Positions 36,610 through 47,842 of a stretch of DNA of 64,000 nt are shown here, one piece after another; the first letter of the stretch is position 1, and each line of letters starts with the position of its first letter. Made by a program: the position numbers and the translations under genes. Origin of the DNA: Blepharisma stoltei ATCC 30299. Taxonomy: Eukaryota > Protista > Ciliophora. The stretch is from assembly GCA_965603825.1 (NCBI GenBank), contig CBFDEM010000058.1:248001-312000 (forward strand), written 5' to 3'. The notes beneath the pieces were generated by a model. The model saw nothing but the letters and a program-made list of their open reading frames with translations, did no database searches and was not told where the DNA came from.

Positions 36610-37614
36610 TTAAGATTTATGCAGAGCTTTTTTCGTGGACAGAAGTTTAGAAAGGGCTTCTTTGTGCTCTTTTAAGGCATCTTCGAGAGTTAGTGCGAGT
36701 TTTTGAGATCTGTTGAAGCGCTCTTCTGTGAGATCAACAGAAGTTTTGGCGGTTTTTAGCAACTTGGAGGCTGCCCGGGAGTCCTGATCGTATTCTCTTT
36801 TCATCTTTATATACATTTTCTTTTCTAGTTTCTGTGATTCTTCGTATGTGATTTTTAATTTGTGGCTTTCTTTCTACATATTTTTTACATTTCTTTCTAA
36901 TTCGTCTCGTAGTTTCACACTGTCCTTCATATTCAAAGCTCTTTTTGCGTCTAAAAGTGCTTTGAATTCTTCGTCTTTTGCTTTCCTTTCTTCTAATTTT
37001 TTATTTTTTTCGATTTCCTCTAATACTTTTTTAAACTCGCTATTTTTGTTTTTCTGGTAATTTATTTCTTTTAATTCTTCTATTTTTTTCCTGTTTTCTT
37101 GTCTGATTTTTTCTTCTCTTATGCAATCCCATTTGCATTTAATTTCTTCCCTTTTGAATTCTAACGCTTCTTTGTATAGTCTTTCAGTAGCGATTTGATT
37201 TTCAATGATTTCTTGATCGGTTGGAGGAAAGTCTCGGCTTAATCTTAGCGATTTCATTAGTATTTTTGACTCTCGCAAGCTTAAGATAGGAGATATTGAG
37301 CGGCTTGTAATGGTCTTTTTAATGGAATTTTCTTCTAACGAATCTTCAAATTCTGCACTTGCCTTGCTTTTTGGAGAAATTGAAGGAGCTGTTGTTTGTG
37401 TTAGCATATTTTGTGTATCAATTGTAGTGGATTTCGGAAGCGAGCATATACTTCTTAATAGCAGTCTTTCTTTAGCTTTTAATTTCAATTCAAGGTTATT
37501 AACTGAATTTTTATTTTGGCTTCATTTGGCTCTAAATTCCTCACTTTGCATTTCTTTTAAGCATTCTCCACTAAGACTCTTCAGAAATCCTTTTATATTT
37601 ACTTGACTTTCCAT
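36610..37614 (-). CDS. Hypothetical coiled-coil protein
   Basis: ATG 37614, one TGA, intron 36874-36888, TAA 36610-36612. Confidence 0.72.
36874..36888 (-). other. 15-nt spliceosomal intron
   Basis: gtaaaaaatatgtag, ends in an in-frame TAG. Confidence 0.82.
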
Positions 37615-37658
37615 ATAATTAATTGTTACAAATTTAAATAAATAAGTTACCCATAACA

Positions 37659-39482
37659 TTAATCATTTCCTTGAGGAACATCCCAAATAAAAATAGCTCC
37701 TTCAGTTCCCACAGTCACTAAAGTCCTTTGATCAGGGCTGAAGGCTATTTTTGTGACACTTCCAGAGTGCCCAATTCCTTCATATAGCACAACTCCTTCA
37801 TCATAGCTCCAGTATTTGACCCTCTGATCTTCTCCACCCGAGGCAAACGAATTTCCATCTCTTGAAATCGCTAAAGCATTGACTTCACCTTCTTCTGAGC
37901 CGTCTAGCATTCTAATACTCTGGCCATCAAAAGTGTCCCAATAAGTAATTTTTCTGTCACTTCCTGTCGTTAATAATTGGGATTCATCAGGGTTATATAA
38001 GACTTGCTTAAACATTGTGCTTTCAAATAGACAAATCAGTCTTGTAAAAGATCGTAAGTCCCACACAATGCAAGACCCATCTGAGCTTGCGCTTACAGCG
38101 AACTCATTGCTTCTGTTAGTCTGAATCGCCCAAACTCTGCCTCTGTGCTCTTTCATTGAAGCTTCCATTGTTTGAGTTTGTTTTCCAATTTTTCAAACTC
38201 TGACTTCACCTTCAAAACCTCCAGAAATGATTCTTGTCGAGTTATTTGCAGAAATTAAAGCGGTGAGGCCATGTCTATGAGCGTCATTTATAACATACAT
38301 TAATTTCCCTGATTGTGGTAAAAATGCTCTGAGCTTGCCATCACTTCAGCCACTTATGATACTTTTACCGTCTGGAGTGAAGCCAATGCAAAAACATTCT
38401 AAATTTGGAACCTGGATCCTTAATAGCTCTTGGCGGTTTCGAGCATTCCATATACGGATATCATTAAATGAGCACGTAGCAAATACTTCTGAGTAGTTTG
38501 ATGGAAATGAAATATCATTAATCTTTTCATAATGGCATGTATTGCGTAATTCAGCTTTTAACTCATCAGAATCCACAAAATACATATTAGATTGAGAAGT
38601 TCCCAAAAAGAAATGAGTTCCATCACTTGTCAAAGAAATCGATGTTGGTCCGCCTAAGACCTCAGTTTGGATTTTCACTTGTAAATTCTGACTGCCAAGC
38701 TTGGCTAAGGTTCCATCACCTGCACCAACTAATAAATCGCCATTAGGAAGCAATGCCATAGACTGAATTCCTTGAGCAAACAATTTTCGCGCAGGGCCAG
38801 CTCGTTTGTAGAGAGCAGTTTGTAAGTTTAGCTCAAGGATGTCTCCAGTTCTTGTTCCTACGTATGCAAACTGGTCGCTAGGGTGAATGATTAGATTTAA
38901 TATCTGTCTCTTGATGTTTCCTAAGTTGATATTTCGAAAAGCTAATTTTTTCTCTACATAATCTGCTTCCCAAATTTTGACTAATAAATTTTGCACTGTA
39001 ACAAGTGATCTATCTGAGTTGTTATAAAACTTCACTTCAAAGCCTGGCTCATGGCCTATTGTACTTCCACATTGTCCTTTCCCAGTTGCCACATCCCAAA
39101 TGACGAGCATGTTGTCATCTTGCCCTCCTAAAGATGCTAAATATTGTTCATTAGCAGAAAAGTGCAAAGATTGTACTAAGACTTTATGAAGTTTTATTAC
39201 TTGTAGCTGCTGCTTAGTATTGAAATCCCAAATTATTGCTTGTGCTTGAAAACCCATATGAGTTTGTTGGCCGCTGGCTATAAGATTTCCAGACCTTGAT
39301 ATTGTAATGCATGATACTCGTTGATCATGCCCACGCAAGAATGTTTGATTTCGATTTATGATATGTCGAATGACAATTGTTGAGCCTAATGGATAGATTA
39401 TATGCTCATTGTCGGGGTGTAGCTGCAATCCTTGCATAACCCCGCCTGAAAATCCAATAACTGCTGAAAGTTCAAGTTCCAT
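37659..39482 (-). CDS. CFAP52: Cilia- and flagella-associated protein 52 (WDR16)
   Basis: MELELSAVIGFSG..GL..HPD..H.IYPLGST, LASLGGQDD, ISG-W(TGA)-SDGK, GSDRKITYW, GIGHSG; 607 aa. Confidence 0.9.
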
Positions 39483-40324
39483 TTAAATTTATATCTTATG
39501 AAAGCAAATTTCTACTAATTTTGGATAAAACTTTAGTTATTTTCAAAGCAGCTGATGAATGGTTATTATTTATATCTAGTAAGTTTTCAGGTGCATTTCT
39601 TGACTTTAAATGATTGTTAGTTCTTGTATATTCGAATTGTATGGAAGTCATTCAGAAAGAATTTATAAATGCATTAAATAAGTAAAATATTTAGTGATGC
39701 AAAATATGAAGAAAGCTATTAAAATGAATCTATAGCAAATTTAGAAATGAGAAAAAGACTCTATAATAGCTTTAAAAATTGAGCTATAAATATCTGAATA
39801 TTAAGATATATTAATTTTTTATATTTAAATTTATTCTTCTAAATAAACTATGAAAGCAATTATATCCAAAAAAGAAATAGACTTTTACTATTGCAAATGA
39901 TACTTTAATTACAATAGAAAGGTATTAATAAAAATCATATTAAAGTTAAAATATCATTAAAAGAAAAATGTCTTTGCTTTCTAAGGTAAATTTTAATTAT
40001 TAAAAATAAATCAACAAGAAAAACAAATGAATTAAATATCATGCACACAAGAAAATAAGATAACGATCTCTTACTGAATAGCCTTATAAAAAATGCGCAA
40101 AATCCCTAAATATTTATACTTATTTTCTTATTTAGAGATATTGTTCTTTAGATTAATTGGCTATTTTTCTATTTTAAGAGCAATTATAATGTTTAGCAAA
40201 ACAATATTTTATCTAATAAGCTATTGTTTTGCTTGGCTTTTTATATTGTGATGAAATGCTTAATAATGATCATTTATCTAATGATATGTCATTTAGTGAA
40301 CAAAATATGGATAATAAGCAAAAG

Positions 40325-41329
40325 ATGGAAGACTTTTTTGTCTCTTCTCAGAAGTATCAACCTTCTAAAAAGCGATTATTCGTTATTTTGGGTATTTTCA
40401 GTACTTTTGGAGCGATTGCTGCAATCTCCCTTATTTTCAATTCTTCTGCATTATTTGCATCTCCTATTCTAGCTCAGCTCACACTTGAAGAAACAGAATT
40501 TCAAGCTTTTATGGCTGCTCACTCTAAGATTTATCAATCAGGAGAAGAATATCAAGCAAGATTCCAAATTTTCCGTGATAACTTAGCTTATATTCGTAAT
40601 TTTAATTCACTTGGAAACAATTGGACAATAGGCGTTAACAAATTTGCTGACTTAACTTTTTCAGAGTTTAAATCAAAATTCCTATCTAAGCCAGTCCGCC
40701 AAACAGAGAAAAATATTGTCCTTCTTGATTATCAAGCCATTCCTTCCTCAATTGACTGAACAGCCAAAGGTGCAGTCACTCCTGTAAAAAGCCAAGGATA
40801 CTGTGGAGCAGGCTGGGCTTTTTCAGCAGTCGGTGCTGTAGAAGGAGCTTGGTACCTTTCAGGCCATGCTCTCCTTTCTTTATCAACTCAAGAAGTTCTT
40901 GATTGCTCAACTTCATTTGGAAATAATGCTTGCGGAGGCGGTCTTGCAGACAATGCATATAAGTTTATAATCAGTAAAGGCATTGCATCTGACCAAAACT
41001 ACCCCTATAAAGGAGTAGATGAGGCTTGTGATAGACAAAAAGCAGCAATTGTAAATGCAACTATAAGTAGCTATGCAGATGTAACCCCAGATGACGTAAA
41101 TCAACTCTTAGCAGCTGTAGCTCAGCAGCCTGTTTCAGTTGTAGTCGAGGCTGATCAAAGTGCATGGGAGTTTTATAAAAGTGGGATTGTTGATAAGAAT
41201 TGTGGTACTGAACTAGATCATGCCGTACTTATTGTAGGGTATAACAAACTTAGTATTCCTGAGTATTGGAAAGTCAAAAATACTTGGGGAACTGACTGGG
41301 GTGAGCAAGGTTACACTGCAATAAGTTAA
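40325..41329 (+). pseudogene. Papain-family (cathepsin L-like) paralogue 1: catalytic Cys->Gly, C-terminally truncated
   Basis: I29-like prodomain, ID-W(TGA), QGYCGAGWAF, LDHAV, KNTWG; similarity to copy 2 ends at GEQGY, then TAIS*. Confidence 0.65.
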
Positions 41330-41893
41330 TTTGAAATAAATTTAAGCCGACAATTAATCTTACTCACTAACCACCCGGGATTCAACTAAAATTTAATACC
41401 AAAAAATCCCTTATGGAAAAAAATAAACATTTTGTTCTTTCCAGCATAGCGTTAAACTGATCAAATTAATCTTTATTAAAAATAATACAATTTTATATTA
41501 AACCTCGCTCTTTTTCATTTTTTAGACAGCTAATATTTCGCTTATCCTAATTGATACAACTTATCCATGTCTTGTAAATAAGACCATTTCAGGCCGGTTA
41601 GATTTTCATATTTAAAGTTTATTTTATTTGACTTTAATATTTTTGTTAAAAACAAAAATCTTTTTTCTTCTTTTTAAAACATTTCCTAATGCTTCGGCTG
41701 AGCCAAATCTTACTTCAATGCTTATAAGACTGCGAAACTTCTAAATCAAATTGTATTTTTAAGCATAAATTAATGCTATTGGTTTCAGAAACTGAAATAA
41801 ATTTGTCAATAATCCTCCATTTTTCCATTTAAGCTTGATCTGGTGAAGAAAATACAGTCAAAATGGAAAGATATTTTCCTCAATAAACCAAAC

Positions 41894-42946
41894 ATGGAAG
41901 ACTTTTTTGTCTCAACTCAAAAGCCTAAACCTTCTAAATTGCGCTTATTCTCTATTATTGGTATCCTTGGTGCCTTTGGAGTATTAGCTACAATCTTAGT
42001 TATTTCTATTTCTTCTGCATCTCCTATTCTAGCTCAGCTCACACTTGAGGAGACAGAATTTCAGAATTTTATGACTGCTTATTCAAAGACTTATTCATCA
42101 GAAGAAGAATATCAAGCAAAATTCCAAATTTTCCGTGATAACTTAGCTTATATTCGTATTTTTAACTCACTAGGAAACAATTGGACTTTAGGCGCTAACA
42201 AATTCGCTGACTTGACTTTTTCAGAATTTAAAGCAAAATTCTCTTCATCTCCAGTCCAAAAGTCAGAGAAAAACATTGTCGTTCTTGATCCTCTAACAGC
42301 TCCATCCGCAATAGACTGGACTACAAAGGGCGCAGTTACTCCTGTAAAAAACCAAGGAGAATGTGGTAGTGGCTGGGCTTTTTCAGCTTCAGGTGCTGTA
42401 GAAGGGGCTTGGTATCTTTCAGGCCACACTATCCTTTCTTTGTCAACTCAAGAGATTCTTGACTGCTCAACTACATTTGGGAATAATGGCTGCAATGGTG
42501 GAACTGTGGACAATGCTTTCAAATACATTATAAGCAAAGGCCTTACTTCTGACCAAAATTATCCTTATAAAGGGGTAGATGGAGCTTGCAGCAAAACAAA
42601 AGTTGCTATGGTTAACGCAACTATAAGCAATTATACAGATGTAACCCCAGATAATGTAAACCAGCTTTATGCAGCTGTTGCTAAAGGACCTGTTTCAGTT
42701 TCTGTTGATTCTAGTCAGGAAGTGTGGCAATTTTATAAGGGAGGGATTGTTGATAAAAATTGTGGGACATCTCTAGACCATGGCGTTCTTATTGTAGGGT
42801 ATAATCAAACGAATACTCCTGCATATTGGAAAGTCAAAAATTCTTGGGGACCTGATTGGGGTGAGCAAGGCTATATCAGAATTGGAGTCAAAAATGGAGC
42901 AGGTGTTTGCGGCATTCAAATGCAGCCCTCTTATCCTAAAGTTTAA
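41894..42946 (+). CDS. Papain-family (cathepsin L-like) paralogue 2: catalytic Cys->Gly
   Basis: N-terminal TM, ERFNIN-like prodomain, NQGECGSGWAFS, LDHGV, KNSWG, CGI...PSYP. Confidence 0.9.
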   Translation: MEDFFVSTQKPKPSKLRLFSIIGILGAFGVLATILVISISSASPILAQLTLEETEFQNFMTAYSKTYSSEEEYQAKFQIFRDNLAYIRIFNSLGNNWTLGANKFADLTFSEFKAKFSSSPVQKSEKNIVVLDPLTAPSAIDWTTKGAVTPVKNQGECGSGWAFSASGAVEGAWYLSGHTILSLSTQEILDCSTTFGNNGCNGGTVDNAFKYIISKGLTSDQNYPYKGVDGACSKTKVAMVNATISNYTDVTPDNVNQLYAAVAKGPVSVSVDSSQEVWQFYKGGIVDKNCGTSLDHGVLIVGYNQTNTPAYWKVKNSWGPDWGEQGYIRIGVKNGAGVCGIQMQPSYPKV

Positions 42947-43104
42947 TAAAACTCAAATTATTAAAATAGAGTTTATAGCAGTGGTCGCTAGATCGCATTC
43001 TTAAAGATATAGAAGTTCTTAGTTTAAAGAGAATGGATAATAATACTCATGCTAGTTGAAAAAATATAAAATTATATGAATTTCTTTATATTATATAGAA
43101 ATTA

Positions 43105-43620
43105 CTATGGGTTTTCTTCTGAGAAATGAGGGTTAATAACTGATGGGTCACCGCTTTTTATAAATTGTTCTATTCTAGGAGCGTATTTATCTTCTAAGTA
43201 AAGATGAATTCTATCATAAGTTTGATCAAATTGTTGAATATAAACATATGCAGGAGGCCCTACAAATAATGATGTTCTTATTGTGGCTCTAAGAAACAAG
43301 GGAAGGTCGAATATTTTGCCTCTTGTCAATCTTCCTAAGCCAATGTTAACAGCAACAGATCCAACGAGACTTAATAATCCGTATTTGATGTAGCGCATAA
43401 AAGTTTTGTATAATAAGTTCTTATCTTGTTTCTCAAGCATATTGTAATTTTCGAAAAGAAATTGAGTTGTAAGAGATCCTCTGGCTTGATACATGTAGTC
43501 AACATCATAAGGATTTCTGCCAGAATTGATGAACTTTTGTCTTTGTTCTATACGTTTTCTTAATTGTTCATCTACTGTTGGAAGATCATCAAGTTTAAGG
43601 GTATCAGCCTTTTTAGCCAT
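43105..43620 (-). CDS. Hypothetical small membrane protein
   Basis: 171-aa ORF with one or two hydrophobic segments. Confidence 0.7.
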   Translation of the reverse strand: MAKKADTLKLDDLPTVDEQLRKRIEQRQKFINSGRNPYDVDYMYQARGSLTTQFLFENYNMLEKQDKNLLYKTFMRYIKYGLLSLVGSVAVNIGLGRLTRGKIFDLPLFLRATIRTSLFVGPPAYVYIQQFDQTYDRIHLYLEDKYAPRIEQFIKSGDPSVINPHFSEENP

Positions 43621-43651
43621 ATGTTAAAATTATTAAATGGCAGTCTAATAG

Positions 43652-44668
43652 AAGGTAAGAAATTTTTGCAATAGCAGCTCTACAGAAGATCAAGCAACTA
43701 TAAAGATACTCAATCATCCTGAAGCTAAAACCGCTTCTCTTCAAGATGCCTTAATTAAAATTAAAAACTGGTTTAATGATTTCATCCCAAAACCAAAGAA
43801 AGACCTTATTACTCAGCCACTATGCAATTCATCACCAAAGCTAGAAATTTCGAAAGAAATTCCGTTGGAAGATTCAAGCTCTTTCCAAAGCATCATTCAG
43901 CAAATAAATCTTTTATATGACAACATTGAAAAGCAAGAACAAAAAATAAACAGCCTAATAGAGCACATAGAGAATCATGAAAAATTCCAATTTCATACAA
44001 TTGAAAGACTATCCCAACACCTCAATAAAAACAACTCCTCAGAGCTTAAAACAATTCATAAACCAAATCAGAGCATAGAGATCTCAACAGAAGCCAACAA
44101 AAATTCTATAGTCTGGCCAATAAACAAAACAGAAATAAATGCCAAAGGCACAAAATCCAGCCAAGCCTTAGCAGAATCAGTAATAAAATGCGTTCATCAA
44201 ATACATAATGAATTATTCAAAAATCTCAACAGCTTTTTCAGATCCAGATGCAAAAAGTACAGTGAAATCAGAGAATTAAGCAATTTTAGGGCATCTTACT
44301 ATAACCTGATTGTTGACCGGACCCTAAGATGGCTTGAAATTCCACAAGAAAATTGGTTTGATATATGCAAGAGAAAAGAATTTATCCAGAAATGCATTAA
44401 CAACCCCGTGCTATTGGAAGTTGGGGACTATTTGCTCAAATTTAATAAAGATGCAGAAATTTGCAAGCAAAAGCTAGGAAATTATATTAAGAAAATGAAG
44501 AAATTAGAAAATGTTTATGTGGAGCGCAGTGATAAAATATGCACTTTCTGTGGATTTCATGGGCATGATAGAAGAAGTTGTAAAGAAATGAAGAAAGTCT
44601 TCTGCAAGAAATGCTTAGACTATAACAGCCACACTACCAAATATCATAGCTATTTATATGGATCTTAA
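43652..44668 (+). CDS. Coiled-coil plus CCHC zinc-knuckle protein (start unresolved)
   Basis: Open frame from 43652; CTFCGFHGHDRRSC and CKKC.....H....H; no ATG until near the C-terminus. Confidence 0.6.
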   Translation, partial: KVRNFCNSSSTEDQATIKILNHPEAKTASLQDALIKIKNWFNDFIPKPKKDLITQPLCNSSPKLEISKEIPLEDSSSFQSIIQQINLLYDNIEKQEQKINSLIEHIENHEKFQFHTIERLSQHLNKNNSSELKTIHKPNQSIEISTEANKNSIVWPINKTEINAKGTKSSQALAESVIKCVHQIHNELFKNLNSFFRSRCKKYSEIRELSNFRASYYNLIVDRTLRWLEIPQENWFDICKRKEFIQKCINNPVLLEVGDYLLKFNKDAEICKQKLGNYIKKMKKLENVYVERSDKICTFCGFHGHDRRSCKEMKKVFCKKCLDYNSHTTKYHSYLYGS

Positions 44669-45503
44669 ATGTTTAATTATTAAAATTTTATGATATTATC
44701 GACCTTATAATAATTCCAATTTTAAGCATTATTTACCTAATAAGGTATGCTGATGATAATTTAAAGTTTTATAGTTTAAATTCATTAAGCATATTAATTT
44801 ATAATTCGTCAGATATTGATAAAAGTTTAGCATTAATAAAAATTCAATATACTTCTTGAGAATTATTACATTATAAATCAAAAATTGTAACATTTTAAAG
44901 TTTAAATATGATAGTTTCTAAAAAAATTTTAAAAGGTTGAATACTTGTAAGAAAATATAACAAACCATGATTTTTTTTGCGGATCACATCAAATTAGAAC
45001 AAAAAATTATGAAATATTGCCAGCGATAAGCCTAATATATTAACAATCAACAAGAATTTTAAATCTTTTTATTATGATATTCCATATTTTCTGTCCGAGT
45101 TAATTAAAGATAAAAAAGCCATTATAAATAATAATATATTCCAGTTTTTGATAGAATTCTATCAAACGAGCTCCAAATAATTTTTTTTTAATGTTTTGCT
45201 AGGCTAGACGTTTATTTAAAAATTTACTATTATATCTTACTTATATTTTAATTTCTTACAACTACTGCTATCTGGTTCCAAACATCAAATTCCAATGACT
45301 ATTTTTTAAATCTTTTTTAAGTAAAAAATTATTTACCATATGCTTTACAGCTTTTGACATATTTATCTCGATATACATTTTTTTACCCCAACAGTTTACC
45401 CTCAGCGTTACACTAATTTTTTAATTTCAGATAAATACCTTAAAGGTGCCCTCATAAATAAAATTTTTTTATGAATTCTGAAATCTAATATAAATAAAAA
45501 TTA

Positions 45504-46601
45504 ATGATTGTTGCAGGAAGGTTTAAAATAGAAGAAAAGCTCGGAAGCGGCTCGTATGCTGATGTCTATTGTGCAATGGACATGAAAACGAATGAAAAAG
45601 TGGCTGTAAAGTTAGACCACTCTACAAACGATCCAGCAAGAATTAACTCTGAGTCTATGTTTTTAGAATTGCTAGAAAATAGTCAGTACTTCCCTAAATT
45701 AATATGGCATGGGAAGTACAATTCTTCGAAGGCCATGGTTACTAATCTACTAGGGCCTTCTATCTTTGCTGAGTATTTAAAAAGGAATCGTTTTACAAAT
45801 ATAGAGATTGCCTCAATAGGAACACAAATGGTGTCTGCATTAGAAATTATACATGGCCAAGGAATTATACATAAAGATATAAAACCAGACAATATACTTA
45901 TTGACCCTATTGTAGGAATTGAAAAAGTGTATCTTATAGATTTTGGTATTGCAAAACGGTATGCAGACCCAATTTCAAAGCAGCAAGTCCCTTTTAGGGA
46001 TGATAATGAATTTAATGGAAATTTGATGTTCGCGTCCAAAAACGTTGTAATGGGCTGTACACCAAGCCGAAGAGACGACTTGGAGTCTCTGGCGTATACA
46101 CTTATTTTTTTACTAACTGGCACTCTTCCATGGTCAAAAAAGCGAAAAGCCTCCGAATCATTAAGACGGCAACGCCAATTAGGCCTTTTTACTTCTGATT
46201 TCGCGAGGATTCCTGAAGAACTGACAAATATTGTTAATTATTCGCAAAAATTAAAGTACCATGAAAGGCCAAACTACCAGTATATTATTTCATTATTGAA
46301 AGAAATATCCAAAAGAGAAGACTTTTACGTGAGAACCCCTAATAGAAGGCCTGATGTTATTCCTCTGGAAACAGAATTCAGGTCAAAAATTATCTCAAAA
46401 AGAAGCAGAAGTATGAATCAGAAAGAAAGTTTTATGGGAAATCAAGTAATAAGAGGAGTATCAAATATCGATATCGATAATAATCCGACGCTTGACGGAA
46501 CATCACCAAGTATTTCACAAGAAACCAGAAAAAGAATAATTGGGTTAAGGAGAGATTCTAGAGAGAATTTGTCATGGAAATATGTATTTACGCAATGCTA
46601 A
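45504..46601 (+). CDS. Divergent casein kinase 1-like kinase
   Basis: GSGSYA, VAVK, LLGPS, HKDIKPDN, LIDFG, SRRDDLES, LPW. Confidence 0.88.
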   Translation: MIVAGRFKIEEKLGSGSYADVYCAMDMKTNEKVAVKLDHSTNDPARINSESMFLELLENSQYFPKLIWHGKYNSSKAMVTNLLGPSIFAEYLKRNRFTNIEIASIGTQMVSALEIIHGQGIIHKDIKPDNILIDPIVGIEKVYLIDFGIAKRYADPISKQQVPFRDDNEFNGNLMFASKNVVMGCTPSRRDDLESLAYTLIFLLTGTLPWSKKRKASESLRRQRQLGLFTSDFARIPEELTNIVNYSQKLKYHERPNYQYIISLLKEISKREDFYVRTPNRRPDVIPLETEFRSKIISKRSRSMNQKESFMGNQVIRGVSNIDIDNNPTLDGTSPSISQETRKRIIGLRRDSRENLSWKYVFTQC

Positions 46602-46759
46602 TATAATTAAAGCATTTATGATTTTGAGTTAATTTAGACTTAGGATTTTTTAAGATGGTTTTAATACGATTATGCTAAAAGTAAATATCATATTAGCTTT
46701 GAGTTTCCTAAAGCCTCATAAATATTTCCTATAATTTTGGGGTATATAATTATTTAGAT

Positions 46760-47161
46760 ATGGCTAGAAACATAAAGCAAGAGCCTCAAGAAAACTTATC
46801 ACTGCAAAGTATTGCTGATATTTACGATCAAATCAACACAGAGATGCAGAAAAATCAAAATCTTCAAGAAAGCAATGCAAGACTAAGAAAAGATCTTGAA
46901 GAAATTAATCAAAAAATTGTTGCAACTAAATCTGCAAAAATTTCCGAAAGTCAACCTTCATTTTCTCAACTTGAAAATCTGCTGATTCCAGGCCAGAATG
47001 GCCAATTAAGCAATTCAGAAAATATGGATGTCGAAAATTCAAGCTATCTTTATAATCTGCCCGAAAATGAAGAGATTAGAATGCTTGAAAATCAGTATAT
47101 TGAAGATGTCAAAAAATTCAAGCTTCAAATGAGAGAGTTGTTTTCTAATTTCAGTGGGTAA
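46760..47161 (+). CDS. Hypothetical coiled-coil protein
   Basis: 133-aa ORF with AT-rich flanks. Confidence 0.65.
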   Translation: MARNIKQEPQENLSLQSIADIYDQINTEMQKNQNLQESNARLRKDLEEINQKIVATKSAKISESQPSFSQLENLLIPGQNGQLSNSENMDVENSSYLYNLPENEEIRMLENQYIEDVKKFKLQMRELFSNFSG

Positions 47162-47842
47162 TTAATGAATAAACAAAGGAAATTAAACTAATATATCGTT
47201 GAGAAATTTATTAATTTAACAGTGCTAAATATATGAATTATTAAGTGGAGCTTATGGATATTCAACGACTCTTATCTTTATACGAATAATGCATTAATCG
47301 ATATAGTAAATATTAAGTATTCTAAACTTTTATATGATACAATTGATTTATTTTAATTTGACTATGATAAAGAATCTAAATCAATTATACATATCTAACA
47401 AATTAAGAATTTATATATGCTTATTCAGTTACACTAATTAAAATGAGTGGAGTTAAAGCTTATAGAGAATCAATAAAGAAAGTAAAACTACCCTCAATTC
47501 ATTTATTAGAGCATTTTCCCCAAATTTTCGAATGATGTGTACCCTGATTACCTTGTGGCTTACAATTCAACCTATCCCTACCGCTTTTCATATTTTTACA
47601 CTGGTGATAGTTGCCAAGCAACTTTTTAAGCCATTATAAGCCTTATGATTCTATAATATAAGGACTGAAAGAAAGAAGTTCTAATAAACTTTCAACTTAT
47701 AAATATATACTAAGTATTTTAGAAAAAATTATTGTCTAGAGAGGAAAAATGACATTGATTTATGCGAATATCAAAAAGCTATAATTACAACTAAAATCAA
47801 ATGAACCACATATCTTTATAAATCAATCGACCCTTACTATTA

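Noticed and set aside
40229-40324. TTG/GTG-started N-terminal extensions in the ORF track (also 161, 9473, 41843)
   Set aside because: Eukaryotic context; paralogue similarity and family conservation begin at the downstream ATG
41314-42983. cactgcaataa / ttatagcagtg as inverted repeats around cathepsin copy 2
   Set aside because: Only 10 of 11 nt match, with no target-site duplication and no transposase
39483-45503. Long AT-rich spacers as retained IESs or MITEs
   Set aside because: No clear terminal inverted repeats, and no CDS is restored by removing a TA-bounded segment
47443-47610. About 55-codon + strand ORF (MSGVKAYRES...) in a spacer
   Set aside because: No recognisable motif and several TGA clustered near the end; cannot be supported
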